Shown here: one piece after another, positions 11,801-23,752 of the stretch
Layout of the letters: every line of letters starts with the position of its first letter
How positions within the stretch are numbered: the stretch's first letter is position 1
DNA from: Ginglymostoma cirratum
Taxonomy: Eukaryota
DNA length: 64,000 nucleotides
Reading direction: 5' to 3'
Assembly: GCA_024137785.1 (NCBI GenBank)
Contig: JAHRHZ010000102.1
Coordinates: forward strand, 5,882,000-5,945,999
Notes under the pieces: model-generated
The model's database searches: none
The model's input: the letters and a program-made list of their open reading frames with translations, nothing else
Told to the model about the DNA's origin: nothing
Made by a program: the position numbers and the translations under genes

Positions 11801-12341
11801 AGTGACATTTATTTTTCTGGCAAAAATAAAGTTGTCCGCCTTTTCGAATGCTCACAATGAAAGAGATGGTTTTCCAGGAAAAGACTGAAACTAAATAGCC
11901 TGGAAATTAATCGAAGAGCGGGGTATGTACAGTGTTGTTCTATGGGACATATTTGATGTATTGTATGTGGTTTTGTAAACTTTATTCGCAATTGAGCGAG
12001 AACTGGGAGGGGGAAATTGACGTCACCTATGATTATTGCCATCCATTTATCTCTCACATACAATGTCTTTTTCTTGCACGTTTTATTTCATATTGTGGTT
12101 ACTGTTAGTGGGCTTGTAAAACCAAACACACTGGTGACTTCTTTCCCTCACTAATCCACATGCCTACCCAAACAGATTCTACACACTAACCCCTGAATCA
12201 AAGTAATCTCTAATCATTGTACATCACAACCTCAGCATTGCACACGCCTCTGTATGCCCTCTTGCAAGTTTTATTGATCCTCTTATCCATTAGTGTTGCC
12301 ATTGAATACATTAAGAGAGAAAAAAAGGAGACAATAAAAAC

Positions 12342-12413
12342 TGCCATGCTTCGGATTCGAGCTAAGGTTGCTATGGCTAAAACACAGAGTACTGACCACG
12401 ATACGGCCATGGC
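12342..12413 (-). pseudogene. tRNA-His-derived pseudogene (anticodon now TTA)
   Basis: GCCATGGCCGTATCGTGGTCAGTACTCTGTGTTTTAGCCATAGCAACCTTAGCTCGAATCCGAAGCATGGCA followed by a T5 tract. Confidence 0.85.
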
Positions 12414-13094
12414 ACCTAACAACGAGCGACCAAGAAATGCAAAACATAAAGCACAGTGCGAGAAGGCATTCTCGGAGCAGCACCAGAAAAACAACAGAAA
12501 TACTTGCCACAGAGCAGACTGAGCGATGACTGGAGAAAATCCTTGGAATTCAGGGCCACGGGGGACGTGAATGTCCAGCATTCAGACTGTACAAAACTGA
12601 GGTTGATGGATTTCTATAGATTAAAAACACCAAGAACTCACAGGATAGTGGAGAAAAATGGTGGTGAAGTCGGAGATCGTCCATGATTTCATTGACCGGC
12701 AAAGCGGGCTCAATGGTCTGATTGGCTGCATCATATTTGTTATGTTTCAAAATGAAAACATATTTTTCTTATATTCACTTGGCAAATGTAATTCATATTC
12801 AGGTTGAAATAGTATAGTTCTTCTGGGCTGTAATCTTGAATGTATTTCTCGATGGGCAATCGAATTTTACGTCGGTTGCATCACCAGTTCCCTCATACAG
12901 GGAAGTAACTGCTGCTTCAGGCGGTCCTAAAATTCCAGCTCCTGGCCACGGAATCAGAGAAATTCAGTGCTCTTGCATTCGATACATTCAGGGTCAATCG
13001 GATTCTAATCCTTCATCCCTATCCAGGCCAATCCCTGATAAACTTGAAAGTCTTTGCTTAACACAATCTCTCTTTAATAATATTCAAGAATTCT

Positions 13095-13560
13095 GCAGGT
13101 TGCAGCAGAGATTTATAAGATGTTGCCAGGACTGCAGAAGATGAAACTTTGCGGAATATTTGGTTCGTCTGGGATTGTTCTTCTGGAAATAAAGGAGCTG
13201 GGCAGGAGTGTATAGTCATAATCTTTTATGAACATTCAATATTCTAAGTGGCCTTGATGGCGTAGATATGGACAAGTGGTTTGCCCTGGCGTGAGAGAGA
13301 AGGACTTTAGGACCTAATGTCAGAGTAAGATTTGCCCATTTAATGTGGAAATAATGACGAATTTCTTCGCTCAACGACCAGTGAAACTGGAATTCTTTCT
13401 CAAAGACGGCTGTTAACGCTGGATTGTTGTGTATTGTCAAACTGAGCTAGACAGACTTATAGTCATTAAAATGGTCAAAGGTTATCCGGGTAAGGCAGGA
13501 GAATGGAGTTTAATATTATCATTGAAAGTGCAGAAGACCTGATGAGTCGAATACTTCTGA
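13095..13560 (+). mobile_element. Degenerate CR1 3' portion
   Basis: RLQQRFIR.., LGLF..E..LGR, and FFAQRPVKLEFFL-like CR1 C-terminal remnants. Confidence 0.65.
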
Positions 13561-15249
13561 TTCTATTTCACCCAACTGCTCCTACATGATTTTGTCTCCG
13601 GTTTTATTTAATCGATAGGTTTAAAATTGTGAGGGATTGGATAAGATGATAGGACAGGAGTACTTTCCTCTTCAGACAGATCAGAAACTAAACTCATCAA
13701 TTTATTAACTGCAAATGTGCTGTGACCTGGAGTCAACCACGGGGAATCTGCACACCACATATACCCTGCTTGATCGATATGGGCACCAGCAATGATTGCT
13801 GGACACAACTGATGTACCTTAGGCATTTGACAAGTCAGCGACCATAGAAGGTGATAGATCACGGTGTGAGGTACCAACGGCGAGATTTGGTGGACATCAC
13901 AAGAATGCAAACCCACGCACGCAGAGTGTGACAGATTAGCAGCCCGTTGCCATAGCCATTTGGCCAGCTTGACACATACTGAGCTATTTGTTTGCACAGG
14001 AGAGGCTGACATATGATCACTTCAAGCTATGGCGCGCTTAGCAAATTTAAATCCACACTGGTTTCAGCCGAATTGTAACATCAGTAAAATTCAAGTAATT
14101 TGCATTTTGGACCCTGGCCCTTCCTCAGAGTAAAGTCACAACTCGGTAGCATTGATCTTCGTGTGACTGAGTTTCCTGTTTACTCTGAAGGAGTGAAGTT
14201 TGGATCCAAGACGAGAGTTTCAAACCTTAAAAGAGCAATGGTATCAGTTCAAAATTAGGGCTGAAGTGAATGAAAAATTAGGTTAAGAATTGGCTCAGTA
14301 CAGTTGCGAGTTACAGTCATTCATGATCTCATTGAACGGTTAGGCGGGCTTAAAGTTTGCAACTTGTGTCGCATGGAATGAAAATACATTGATAGTTTTT
14401 TTTCCGAATTGAAGTGTTCACTGGAAGCCAGAAGCTGAGTGAGATGCAGGGCAAACAGATTTAGATGGGACTGCAGGAGCTACAAAAACCTTTCCTGCAG
14501 CACGAATGAGATTGTTCAGCACCAAGGAGAGAATAGATGCGTTGCATTAGGTTGAGGGGCCCTGATCCTTTCATAAGACAGAATTTACTGTGACATGAGA
14601 CATTAGAACGAACATGGATAGTGTTTACTCGGATATAAAGACATCATAAAAGACACGGACTGGGTTTACTGTGATATGAAGACATTAGGAATGGCACAGA
14701 CAGGGTTCACCGGGCTTTCAGAAACACGATAAACTGTCTCAACTGTTTCGTGGTCATCTGTAACTGAATCAATTTCTCAAATTGATTTGATTCTTACATG
14801 GGCCAAGGTTGTAAATGCTGAAACTATGCACTCGTCCAGACTGTCTGCCCTCACACATCCCATTTCTCTCCAGGAGCTGTCAAGATGATGGCCTGAATTG
14901 CCTTATCCTGTTCTCCGTCACTCTGGGATTATTTGGATAATAAAATCTATTATTTTAGCCGGGAACAATGCGCTGAAGTTATTACACATCAGACCCAGTG
15001 TGCCTGAGAGACAGGACTTCTTTCAGTAACATTCCACGCTGAATCAGACCGCTGCACCTTCCCTGTGATATCGACAAGGACACAGACACAGATCCCCATT
15101 ATTCGGAGAGATGCTATCTTTCCCAGTATCTCTGCATTTCGACGCTGTCTCAGATGCAGTAATTTGGACAGCCTTCCCAAGAGAAAGTTAGTTTCTGTGC
15201 ATGCTCGATCTCCCCTTTGAGCAGCCTCGCGCACTTTCCATCCACAATT

Positions 15250-15520
15250 GCTCAGACACAGAGACAACCACATTGTCTGTGGGTCTGAAGTCACAGGTGG
15301 GCCAGACCAGGTAAGGATGGCAGATTCCTTCCCTAAAGGGCATTAGTAAACCAGATGGGTTTTCACTCGAACAATCGATTTACAGTTATCATTAGATTCT
15401 CAATTCCAAATATTTATTGTCTTCAAATTCCACCATCTGCCGTGGATTCGACCACGTCTCCCCAGAATGTTATCTGGGTCTCTGGATTAACAGGCTAGCA
15501 ATAATACCACTATTCCATCT
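15250..15520 (-). mobile_element. tRNA-derived shark SINE (SacSINE1-like), partial
   Basis: Same sequence family as 47325-47665 and 55072-55410. Confidence 0.65.
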
Positions 15521-15548
15521 CAATCCCCCCACGCCGGTAGGCGGATGT

Positions 15549-15638
15549 GGCTCGTTGGTCCACGGGTATGATTCCCGCTTAGAGTACTGCCAAGTGATAA
15601 CAGGCGAGAGGTCCTGGGTTGAACTCCCGGACGACCCC
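15549..15638 (+). pseudogene. Intron-containing tRNA-Pro pseudogene (anticodon AGA, from AGG); intron 15585-15602
   Basis: GGCTCGTTGGTCCACGGGTATGATTCCCGCTTAGAG[TACTGCCAAGTGATAACA]GGCGAGAGGTCCTGGGTTGAACTCCCGGACGACCCC. Confidence 0.85.
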
Positions 15639-17875
15639 GGGCTTCTTGCTTCACTTTTGTCACAATGCTTAATCAGCTTTCCGAAAATCCAGCTTTGTTA
15701 AATAAGGTCGGACTGCCCGAAGTGGGGACGGGACAGAAATACCATTGCAGTGAGCAGGGTCAAAGGAAACACTTGTTCAAAACAAAAGCAAGTGTTTCGG
15801 GTTGTTCGCCCACACAATCCAACTTTGAATGAATCCTACAGTTGCATTATTGCTCAGCTCTGGACGTGGGATGTGAAGTCATTGGAGACAACGCTGCAGA
15901 GATTCACGTGAATGGAGCAGTGTATGAGGAATGTCAGCAATGAAGACAGATTGGAAAGTTGGGAAAACTCTCCTTGGAGAACAGAAAGCTGCAAGCTGGT
16001 CTGTTTGAAGCTTTGAACGGAGAATGGTAGGGTATGTCTGTAAAACATGGTCTGAATCTCACACAGTGAGGTGACACGCTTTTCAAAGTCACAATCGTCT
16101 TCTCCCGTTCTCTGTTGGTTTGCTCTGCCCTCAGTCATGAAATCTCTCCTCTGCAATTGGACTAAACTGGTGAAGTTGGAACAAATTTCTTCCAGTGATG
16201 GCCATGCCCTGCAGTAATTGCCCACACCAATTCAGAGATGAAAAACAAGAGGATCATCATGTCGGAGACGGCATTACGACACAGATGCAGTTCACCATTC
16301 GGACAGATATCACCAATAGTGAATAGCCTGAGAAGAGATACAAGCGACAGAGAGTTGCCGTGCACTCGATGGGCTGAACGGCTTCTTTCTGCCTGGGAAT
16401 GCCGCCATGGGTTTATGACGTCACTCTCCCTGTCTCTGTGACGGAGCGGGTGAGGGAGAAACAATGGCGCATTGTTAACCCTCCCTTCCACGTTATACTG
16501 TCTGCAGCCCCGCAGCTCAGGGCCATTGGGGATGTCGCTCAGTGAGTGAGTGTTTCACTTGGATTCTCTCAATCTGGGACTGTTGCTGTCAAATATTAAC
16601 AGATTCCCTGCAGGCAGCAAATGAACAGACGCCAGAGTTGCTCAGGTGTTTCTTGCAGGATTGCTGTATGCAGACCAATCCTGAAGACCAAACAGGTTGC
16701 ACTGAAATATCCCATTTTAAGTTGCTGAATGAACTAATCTACAGTTTCGTCTTCTGTCCTTTCCAGCAGCTGTCCATTCTTCTGTCTGTCTCTGATAAAT
16801 ATCACTTGATGAAAGTTCCAAATCGCTGTTCATAATTTGTTGCACGAGCCTGATTCTACCCCTTCTGCTCCTCCCCTCTTCCAGTGCTTGAAATGGAGCT
16901 TTCGAGCGGATACCACCAGCACTGCCTGCCCGTGAAGGGAAATGGTTTAATGCATCTGCCAATGGAGAGAACCCTGTCCCAGTGGAAGGGACAAATATCA
17001 CCGTCCAAGGAACAAGGAGACAGAACGAGAAGAAAGTGTTCGCTGTTGCTTTCACTGCTTGAAGAAACGAGCAATAGCATTTTTTTCTGAGCAACATTTT
17101 CAGATATGCTATTACACGCTTCTGGAGCAGATAGAACTTGAATTCTGGTCTCCTACATCTGAGGTAGGGACACTAACACAAGGGCACCTGATTAATTGTT
17201 AAGTGGGACTTCACAAGACTGCGTCATTGATCTCATTGTTTGAGTCTCACATCACGCAGATGTTGGGAATGCGAGAAGTTGCACATTTAAATCCTGCATG
17301 AGGCCTTGTTACCTTTAATGTGGTTTTCGACTCTTCGGGAGAGCATGGACGTTGCTTTTTATGAAATCGATTTCAGTCTATGATCCCAAAGGGTGTGAAT
17401 ATATCACAAGCATCTAATTCACCTGACGAAGGATTAGGGTTAGTATTAGTGTGAAAGTGCGTTTCACTAGATGGGGTCATGATGAGCGCAGTGACTCTGA
17501 ATAAAACGATGGCAAACTTTCAGGAGAGAAAGAGGTGACAGCGAAGCACGCATCCAAGGGCAAATTTCTTTCTTTTGCAAGTGAAATTTACTGCTTCACA
17601 AACTGGGGACCGTTGAAGTGAAACAGTGACAGCGATTATCTTTGCTGGTGCTCACCTCGTGAATCATTTCCACCTTGGTCCCTGTTAACATCACAACTCG
17701 ACGCAATGTAACAGATGGATATCTGATGATATGCACAAACACGATGTGCAGAATGGTCTTTTTCCATGCTATCTAAACTCGAAAACAGGAAAAAACTGAT
17801 CTGCTGCCAAAATGAGCAAAAATGAAAAGGCAAAAGCAGCATCATTGATAAAAGATACAAGCCCCTCGAGTGCTC

Positions 17876-17941
17876 TCCATGGTTGCCTCGTGGCTAGGAT
17901 TTGGCACTTTCACAGGCCCACATTCGATATCTGGTCAAAAA
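17876..17941 (+). pseudogene. tRNA-Glu(TTC) pseudogene
   Basis: GTGGCTAGGATTTGGCACTTTCAC...GGCCCACATTCGATATCTGGTCA; deletion in the anticodon arm. Confidence 0.7.
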
Positions 17942-18337
17942 GTGGAAGTTCTTCTCTGCGAGCTTTTTGTGAGAACAGCATTGCTGACTCACTTCAGAAG
18001 CAGGAAAGGAGCTGCGAGGTAATTTACTTTGTCACAAAGGATATTCAAGCTAACATGAAACAAAAAACCGCGAATGCTGGAAATCTGAAGCAAAACAGGA
18101 ATTGATAGAGAAACGGAGTTAAAATTTCAGATCCACTGACCGTTGGTCATAACCAGGCTGGTTATGCACTTCTATAATAATGCCGGGGGAGTAATCACTT
18201 TTATCAATCGGATCAGCACATTTATCAAAATATCGCGTTAGTTTGCAAACGTCAACTTTCCAACTTCAAAAACATTTTATCAGCTCTAATGCAGCTTCTG
18301 TTGTCCTGAGGTGTTGAAAGGTTCTGCTTAAATGGTT

Positions 18338-18477
18338 GAGATAACAAGGTGTAGAACTGAATGAACACAGCAGGCCAAGCAGCATCAGAGGAGCAGGAAA
18401 GCTGAAGTTTCGGGTCGAGACCCTTCATCAGAAGACCCTTCTTCTGAAGAAGGATCGAGACCCGAAACATCAGCTTT
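18338..18477. mobile_element. PLE tail with two back-to-back inverted hammerhead motifs
   Basis: Minus CTGATGAAGGGTCTCGACCCGAAAC and plus CTGAAGAAGGATCGAGACCCGAAAC form a palindrome at 18398-18477. Confidence 0.8.
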
Positions 18478-18546
18478 GCGCCTTTGTTTTAGTAGTGTTG
18501 CAGTGGCAACGTCAGAAAGAGTCATATTTGAGCTCTTCCAGCCAGG

Positions 18547-18628
18547 GGTAATGCAGCCGAGCGGTTTAAGGTGCTGGATTCACATTCCAATCAAGACGAT
18601 GGTGAGGGATCGAATCTCACCGCTACCA
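18547..18628 (+). pseudogene. tRNA-Leu pseudogene
   Basis: GGTAATGCAGCCGAGCGGTTTAAGGTGCTGGATT...GGATCGAATCTCACCGCTACCA. Confidence 0.8.
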
Positions 18629-18631
18629 TTT

Positions 18632-18657
18632 GGGCTGGCTGGCTGGCTGGCTGGCTG
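18632..18657. repeat. (GGCT)6 microsatellite
   Basis: Direct reading. Confidence 0.9.
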
Positions 18658-19208
18658 TGATGGAGGAGCTGCGTTTAAATGGAAAGCAGGAGAGTCAAAA
18701 TTTCCACTCGAAATCAATGTAAGAGAGCACAGAGCATCCACCCCCCCAATTTCCGTTGTGCTCGTGGTTCCACTTTCATAGTAGAAATGTAGAGAGTCAA
18801 CACGCAACCTTCAGCCCACGTGGCCACAATAGACCAGCTATCCTAGGTTAATGCAGCCACATTTGGCCCATATCCCTCTAAACCCTTCCAAATCATATAT
18901 GCATCCAAATGCCATGGAATTGTTGCAATTATACCAGGCTCCACCACTTCCTCTGGTAGTTCAATGCATACTTGCACCACCATCTGCGCGAAAAAAATGG
19001 CCCTCAGGTCGCTTTTAAATTTCTGCCCCTCACCTCAATTATACAGCCTCCAGTTTTGGACTCGCCCACCTTGTGATGAAGACCTTGACTACTTACCCTG
19101 TCCATATCCCTGATGATTTATTTGAAACAGAGAGATCAACCGTTGAACGGCGGCCAATTTCTCTGCTGTAGGAACGACGGTGGGGAGAACACAACAAAGA
19201 GGGGGTCT

Positions 19209-19281
19209 GTTTCTGCAGTGTAGTGTTTAGCAATTTCGTCTCACACACGGAAAGTCCCCGGTTGGAGGCCAGGCCGAAACT
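19209..19281 (+). pseudogene. tRNA-Val(CAC) pseudogene
   Basis: GTTTCTGCAGTGTAGTGTTTAGCAATTTCGTCTCACACACGGAAAGTCCCCGGTTGGAGGCCAGGCCGAAAC. Confidence 0.8.
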
Positions 19282-19514
19282 GTGCTGCTCCTTTGTTGCA
19301 GCGATATGTTTCTTGATGGAGGTGAACGGAGCATCCTAATTTGCTATTCTCGTCAGCAAACCTTTCTTTGAATGAAGTCGCCCATATATGCTTTTGTTGT
19401 GGAAAGGAGGATATTTGATTGCGGTATGAATCTTTGTTAAATTTCTCTCCTTCCTGGTCCTGAATGCACACAGATGGTCATCCTTTTTGAGACTGCATTC
19501 GGTGTACCCTCATT

Positions 19515-19587
19515 CTTTCTGTAGCAGAGCCGTATCACATTTGCTGTACGTGTGAAAGCGTCCTGGTTCGAAGTCTAGGAGTAGCCT
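19515..19587 (+). pseudogene. Degenerate tRNA-Val-like pseudogene
   Basis: TTTCTGTAG..TATCACATTTGC..GAAAGCGTCCTGGTTCGAAG; paralogs at 22104-22176, 35203-35276 and 37924-37997. Confidence 0.6.
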
Positions 19588-20931
19588 TATTTGCCGGTGT
19601 CGTAGTGCACCTCACATTCCTCTCTGTCAAAGGCATCTCAAAGTAATCTCTGAAAGCTCTAGTTCTGTTGGTCTCTGCCACGTCTCAAAGTGCATGAATC
19701 AAAACCAGAAGCCGTCAGTCACGTTTTGGAATAGAGAAGCAGGTCTGCATTGCTGAGCAGCGGACGCAGTCGCGGCCCATTCAGTCAACAAGAGGAATGA
19801 AGGGATTTACAAACTCAGACGAACCTCTTGACTCGCGCTCTCACAGAGTCACTAACTTTAACATGTGCTCTGAAGTGGAAGTCGTGTTGCAATTGAAACT
19901 GAGGAAATGACAAGACAGGCTACCAAATGACACTGTAACCATTCTTTTCTCTTTGTGTCGCAGAGGAGCAAGAAAATCGAAACAAGGAGTGAAAGGAAAG
20001 AGAGCCACATGCACCTCAAGTGAAACAACTTCTAAATCAGTCAGCAGCAAGAGACGTGAAGGTGATTCAGGCGCGAGAGCTTTTCACTTCTTGAACAAAA
20101 AGCAAGCACATGCTGGAAGCACCTCTTTGACGTCTCTGATCGCCTCTTCCGTTCTGTACATATGCTTAGAAATTGCCTTCTGTCCATCTCTATATAAGCA
20201 CCGTGGAATTTAGTAAAATGTAGTGAGTCGCTTTTCTTCGTTTCCCACATAGGTTTCAAACTCAGCGGGCTGCCGTCTGACATTTGCTCATGTCCAGGTC
20301 TGGAGAGCTCTGCAGGAAAATGTCCGGTGAAGGGGAAAGAGAAGGAAAATGGCAACTCATACGTGCGCCGAGGTTTGAACAGCCTCGCAATGAGAAGTGT
20401 CTTCTCAGATTCGAAAGCTAACTCAGAGGATTATCTTTAAGCTACTTATTCTGAAAAACCGGAGTGGCAACTGTAAGTGTGCTGCACGGTATCATCTGGT
20501 ACACGGCCTGCCCAGCTTGGTGCATATTCCACGTAGTCCGGTGTTTTCCATGCTACGTGTAAACGCGAAAGTTGTCCTTTTTCGAGCAAAGGGCGGAAGC
20601 ATTTCCCAAAGCGCCAACGTAAATTCCAGAAAAGTCGCGCAGGTCATGTTTTCTTTGTCCAAGCATCAGCGAATTTACTTTCTCCCAGGCACATTACATT
20701 TGTCGCCTAACTGAGGCTCACAAGATGTGTTCAACTTTCCATTGATTTTCGCTTTGATTGAAGGGCTGTCAGCATCTGGTGGGAAAATAGTATTGTAGAT
20801 GGGCATTGCAGAGCAGCGAAGAAAATGGACGAGCAAGACAGGGATCCTTGAAGACTTTTCCTGGGCCTTCGCTGTTGTTGTTTTGGAGTAGCAACATCAG
20901 AAAGAGTCATATTTGGCCATTACGCTGGTGG

Positions 20932-21013
20932 GGTAGTGTGGCCAAGCGGTCGAAGGCGCTGGATTTCGGCTCCCGTATCCTCGGAGGCGTGGGTTCGAAT
21001 CCCACCACTGCTA
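20932..21013 (+). tRNA. tRNA-Leu(TAG)-bodied gene with TCG anticodon, nearly intact
   Basis: GGTAGTG TG GCC..GGC G CTGGA TT TCG GC TCCCG, long variable arm, GTGGG TTCGAAT CCCAC CACTGCT A; one anticodon-stem mismatch. Confidence 0.8.
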
Positions 21014-21189
21014 ATTGTGCTGTCAACCTGTTGTGTTGGTCTGCTGTTGTGCTGAAGCTTGGTTTGGATGAGCTGCGTTTAAGTGACAAGTAACCAAAGC
21101 AAACGCTTCGTTCCAAATCAACGCACAATGTGGGATAGCACAGAGCATGCGCACCTCGTTTCCATTGTGCAAGTGAACATCACTTTCGT

Positions 21190-21640
21190 CGTGGAAATGT
21201 AGAGAGCGAACGCACAAGCTGCGGTGCACCTCGACAATGTCGACCAGATATCCTGAATTCATCTCGCCCCATTTGGCCCCTATCCCTCACAACCTTTGCG
21301 ATTCATACATGCGTCCAGATGCCTCGGAAATGTTGTAATTTCACGAGCCTCTGGCAGTTCATTAAATATACGCACCACCTTCTGCATGAAGAAAATGGCC
21401 TTCAGGTCGCTTTTAAATTTTCTCCTTCTCACCTCAATTGTACGCCCTCCAGTTTTGGAGTCTCCCACCGTGCGATAAAGACCTTGCCTACTCACCCTAT
21501 CCATGTGCCTCTTGATTTTATAAACTTCTTTCAGGTCGAACCTCAGCCTCTGACGGTCCAGGGAAAACTGCCTCAGCCTATTCAGATTCGCCGTACAGTT
21601 TGAACCCTGCCACTCTGGCAACGTCCTCGTGAATCTTTTT
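21190..21640 (-). mobile_element. CR1 3' end (copies also at ~18780-19120, 24620-25000, 37030-37450, 40400-40800 and 61690-62100 on +)
   Basis: ORF 21280-21621 FSLDRQRLRFDLKEVYKI...FFMQKVVRIFNELPE. Confidence 0.85.
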
Positions 21641-21791
21641 TGGGCAGCTTTACGTGATGTCTTTTATTTTTTAAATAATGCCAATAACGCTGGACTACAT
21701 TAATTTATTTGAAACAGACAAATTAACCGTTGAACGGTGGCCAATTTCTCTGCTGTAGGAATGTCCGTGGGGAGGGCGACATTCCGCTCCT

Positions 21792-21864
21792 GGTCCTGTC
21801 GTCTAGTGGTTGTCACTTTCGTCTCCCACGCGACATGTGCTTGATTTAAAACCAGGCAGAAACA
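21792..21864 (+). pseudogene. tRNA-Val pseudogene
   Basis: CTAGTGGTTGTCACTTTCGTCTCCCACGCGA...AAACCAGGCAGAAACA; positional paralog of 19209. Confidence 0.7.
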
Positions 21865-22308
21865 GTGGTGCTCCTTTGCTACAGCGGTATCTTTCGGCGT
21901 GGACGTGGAGGGAGCTTCCTAATTTGCTGTTCGCGCTAGCGAACCTTTCTTTGAATGAAGTCGCCCATATTTGCTTTTGTTGTGGAACGGAGGATAATTC
22001 TATCTGATTGCAATAGGAATCTTTGTTAAATTTCTCTCCTTCCTGGTCCTGAATGTGCCCGGATGGTCATCCTTTTTGAAAGTGTATTTGGTGTACCCTC
22101 ATTCTTTCTGTAGCGGAACAGTATCACATTTGCTTTACGTGCGAAAGCCTCCCGGTTCACAGTCTAGGCGAAGCCTTATGTGTTGGTGTCATATTGCACC
22201 TCACATTTCTCTCTGTCAAATGCATCTCCAAGTAATCTCTAAAAGCCCTCGTTCCGTTGGCCTTTGCCATGTCTCAAAGTGCGTGAATCAAAACCAGAAG
22301 CCCTCAGT

Positions 22309-22442
22309 GATTTTCTGATGAAGGGTTTAGGCCCGAAACGTCAAGTTTTCCTGCTCCTATGATGCTGCTTGACCTGCTGTGTTCATCCAGCCCCATGCTT
22401 GTTATCTCGGATTCTCCAGCATCTGCAGTACCTTTTATCTCT
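22309..22442 (+). mobile_element. 134-nt hammerhead-bearing PLE-tail insertion with 10-bp TSD
   Basis: AGCCCTCAGT at 22299-22308 and 22443-22452; contains CTGATGAAGGGTTTAGGCCCGAAACGTC; paralog at ~19710 is empty. Confidence 0.9.
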
Positions 22443-23670
22443 AGCCCTCAGTCACGTTTTGGAACAGAGAAACATGTTTGCATTTCTGAGCAGCGAAAAC
22501 AGTAGCAGCCCATTCAGTCAACAACAGGAATGAAGGGATTTACAGGCTCAGACGAACCTCTTGACGCGCGCTCTCGTTGAGTCACTAACATTAACGTACT
22601 CTCTGAAGTGTAAACTGTGTTGGAATTGAATCTGAGGAAATGACAAGACAGACTACCAAATGACACTGTATCCATTCTTTTCTCTTTGTGTCACAGAGGA
22701 TCAAGCAAATAGAAACAAGGAGTGATAAGAAAGAGCTGATAAGAAACATGCAGCTCGAGTGAAACAACTTCTACCTTATTCAGTCAGCAGCAAGAGAAGT
22801 GAAGGTGACTCAGGCGCGAGAGCTTTTCACTTCTTGAACAAAAAGCTATCACACGCTTATAGCACCTCTTTGACATCTCTGATCGCCTTTCACATTCTGT
22901 TACTATGTTTACAAAGTGCCTTTAGTGCATCTCTGAGCAAGTGCCGTGGAATTTAGTAAAATGTAGTGAGTCGCTTTTCTTTGTTTCCCACGCAGGTTTC
23001 CAAATCAGCTGGATACCGACTGACATTTGCTCATGACCAGGCCTCGAAAGTTCTGCAGGAAAATGCACAGTTTAGGAGAAAGACAAGAAAAGTAGCAACT
23101 CGTACCTGCGCCGAGGCTCGAACAGCCGTGCAATGTGATCGGTTGTTCTCGGATTCTAAAGCCAACCTGGTTTTATCGGATGGAGGGATTTCTTTGAGCC
23201 ACTATGTCTGCTAAACCAGCATGGCGACTCTGAGTATGCTGCGTGGCAACATCTAGTCCACGGCCTGCTTAACTTGGTACATTTTCCCTGCAGTCCAGTG
23301 CCTTTCATGTTCCGTGTAAACGCGAAGGTCGTTCTGTTTCGAGCAATGAACGAAATCATTGACCAAAGCGAAAATCTAAATTCCAGAAAGCAGATGCAGT
23401 CATGTGTTCTTTGGGGAAGTACAACCGAACATACTTTCTCACAGGCTCATTACATGTTTTGCGCAACCGAATCTCGCAAGATGCGTTCAGCTTTCCGTTG
23501 GTATTTGTTTTGATTGAAGGGCTATCAGCATCTGGTGCGAAATTAAGATTGTAGCCGGGCATTGCCGAAAAGCTGAGAAAATGGACGAGGAGAATCGCGT
23601 TCCTGCAAGCATATCACTATGCCATCGCTTTAGTTGTGTGCAGTAACAACAGTGGAAAATGTCACTGCTT

Positions 23671-23752
23671 GGTAGTGTGGCCGAGCGGTCGAAGGCCTTG
23701 ATTAAAGTTCCAGTCTGTGAGGAGGGGTGAGTTCGTAATCCCTACGCTGCCA
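23671..23752 (+). pseudogene. tRNA-Leu pseudogene
   Basis: GGTAGTGTGGCCGAGCGGTCGAAGGCC..ATTAAAGTTCCAGTC...GTTCGTAATCCCTACGCTGCCA. Confidence 0.8.

Larger units (their letters stand above)
14370..17170 (+). repeat. Third, more diverged copy of modules found in the giant inverted repeat and its spacer
   Basis: 14370-16430 is co-linear (with gaps) with 53758-56780; 16400-17170 is the reverse complement of ~51200-52200. Confidence 0.8.

Noticed and set aside
12210-12581. Overlapping ORFs with hydrophobic stretches (12217-12522 +, 12210-12581 -)
   Set aside because: They run across a CR1 fragment and a tRNA-His relic; no recognisable protein.
13608-14012. 134-aa minus ORF; faint recombinase-like HTLRA in another frame
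   Set aside because: No convincing motif set, and it ends in CR1 sequence.
14580-14720. ~40-bp spaced repeats (GGGTTTACTG.GATAT) that could suggest a CRISPR array; also at 31370, 48650 and 53965
   Set aside because: Degenerate minisatellite with no unique spacers and no cas genes, in eukaryotic context.
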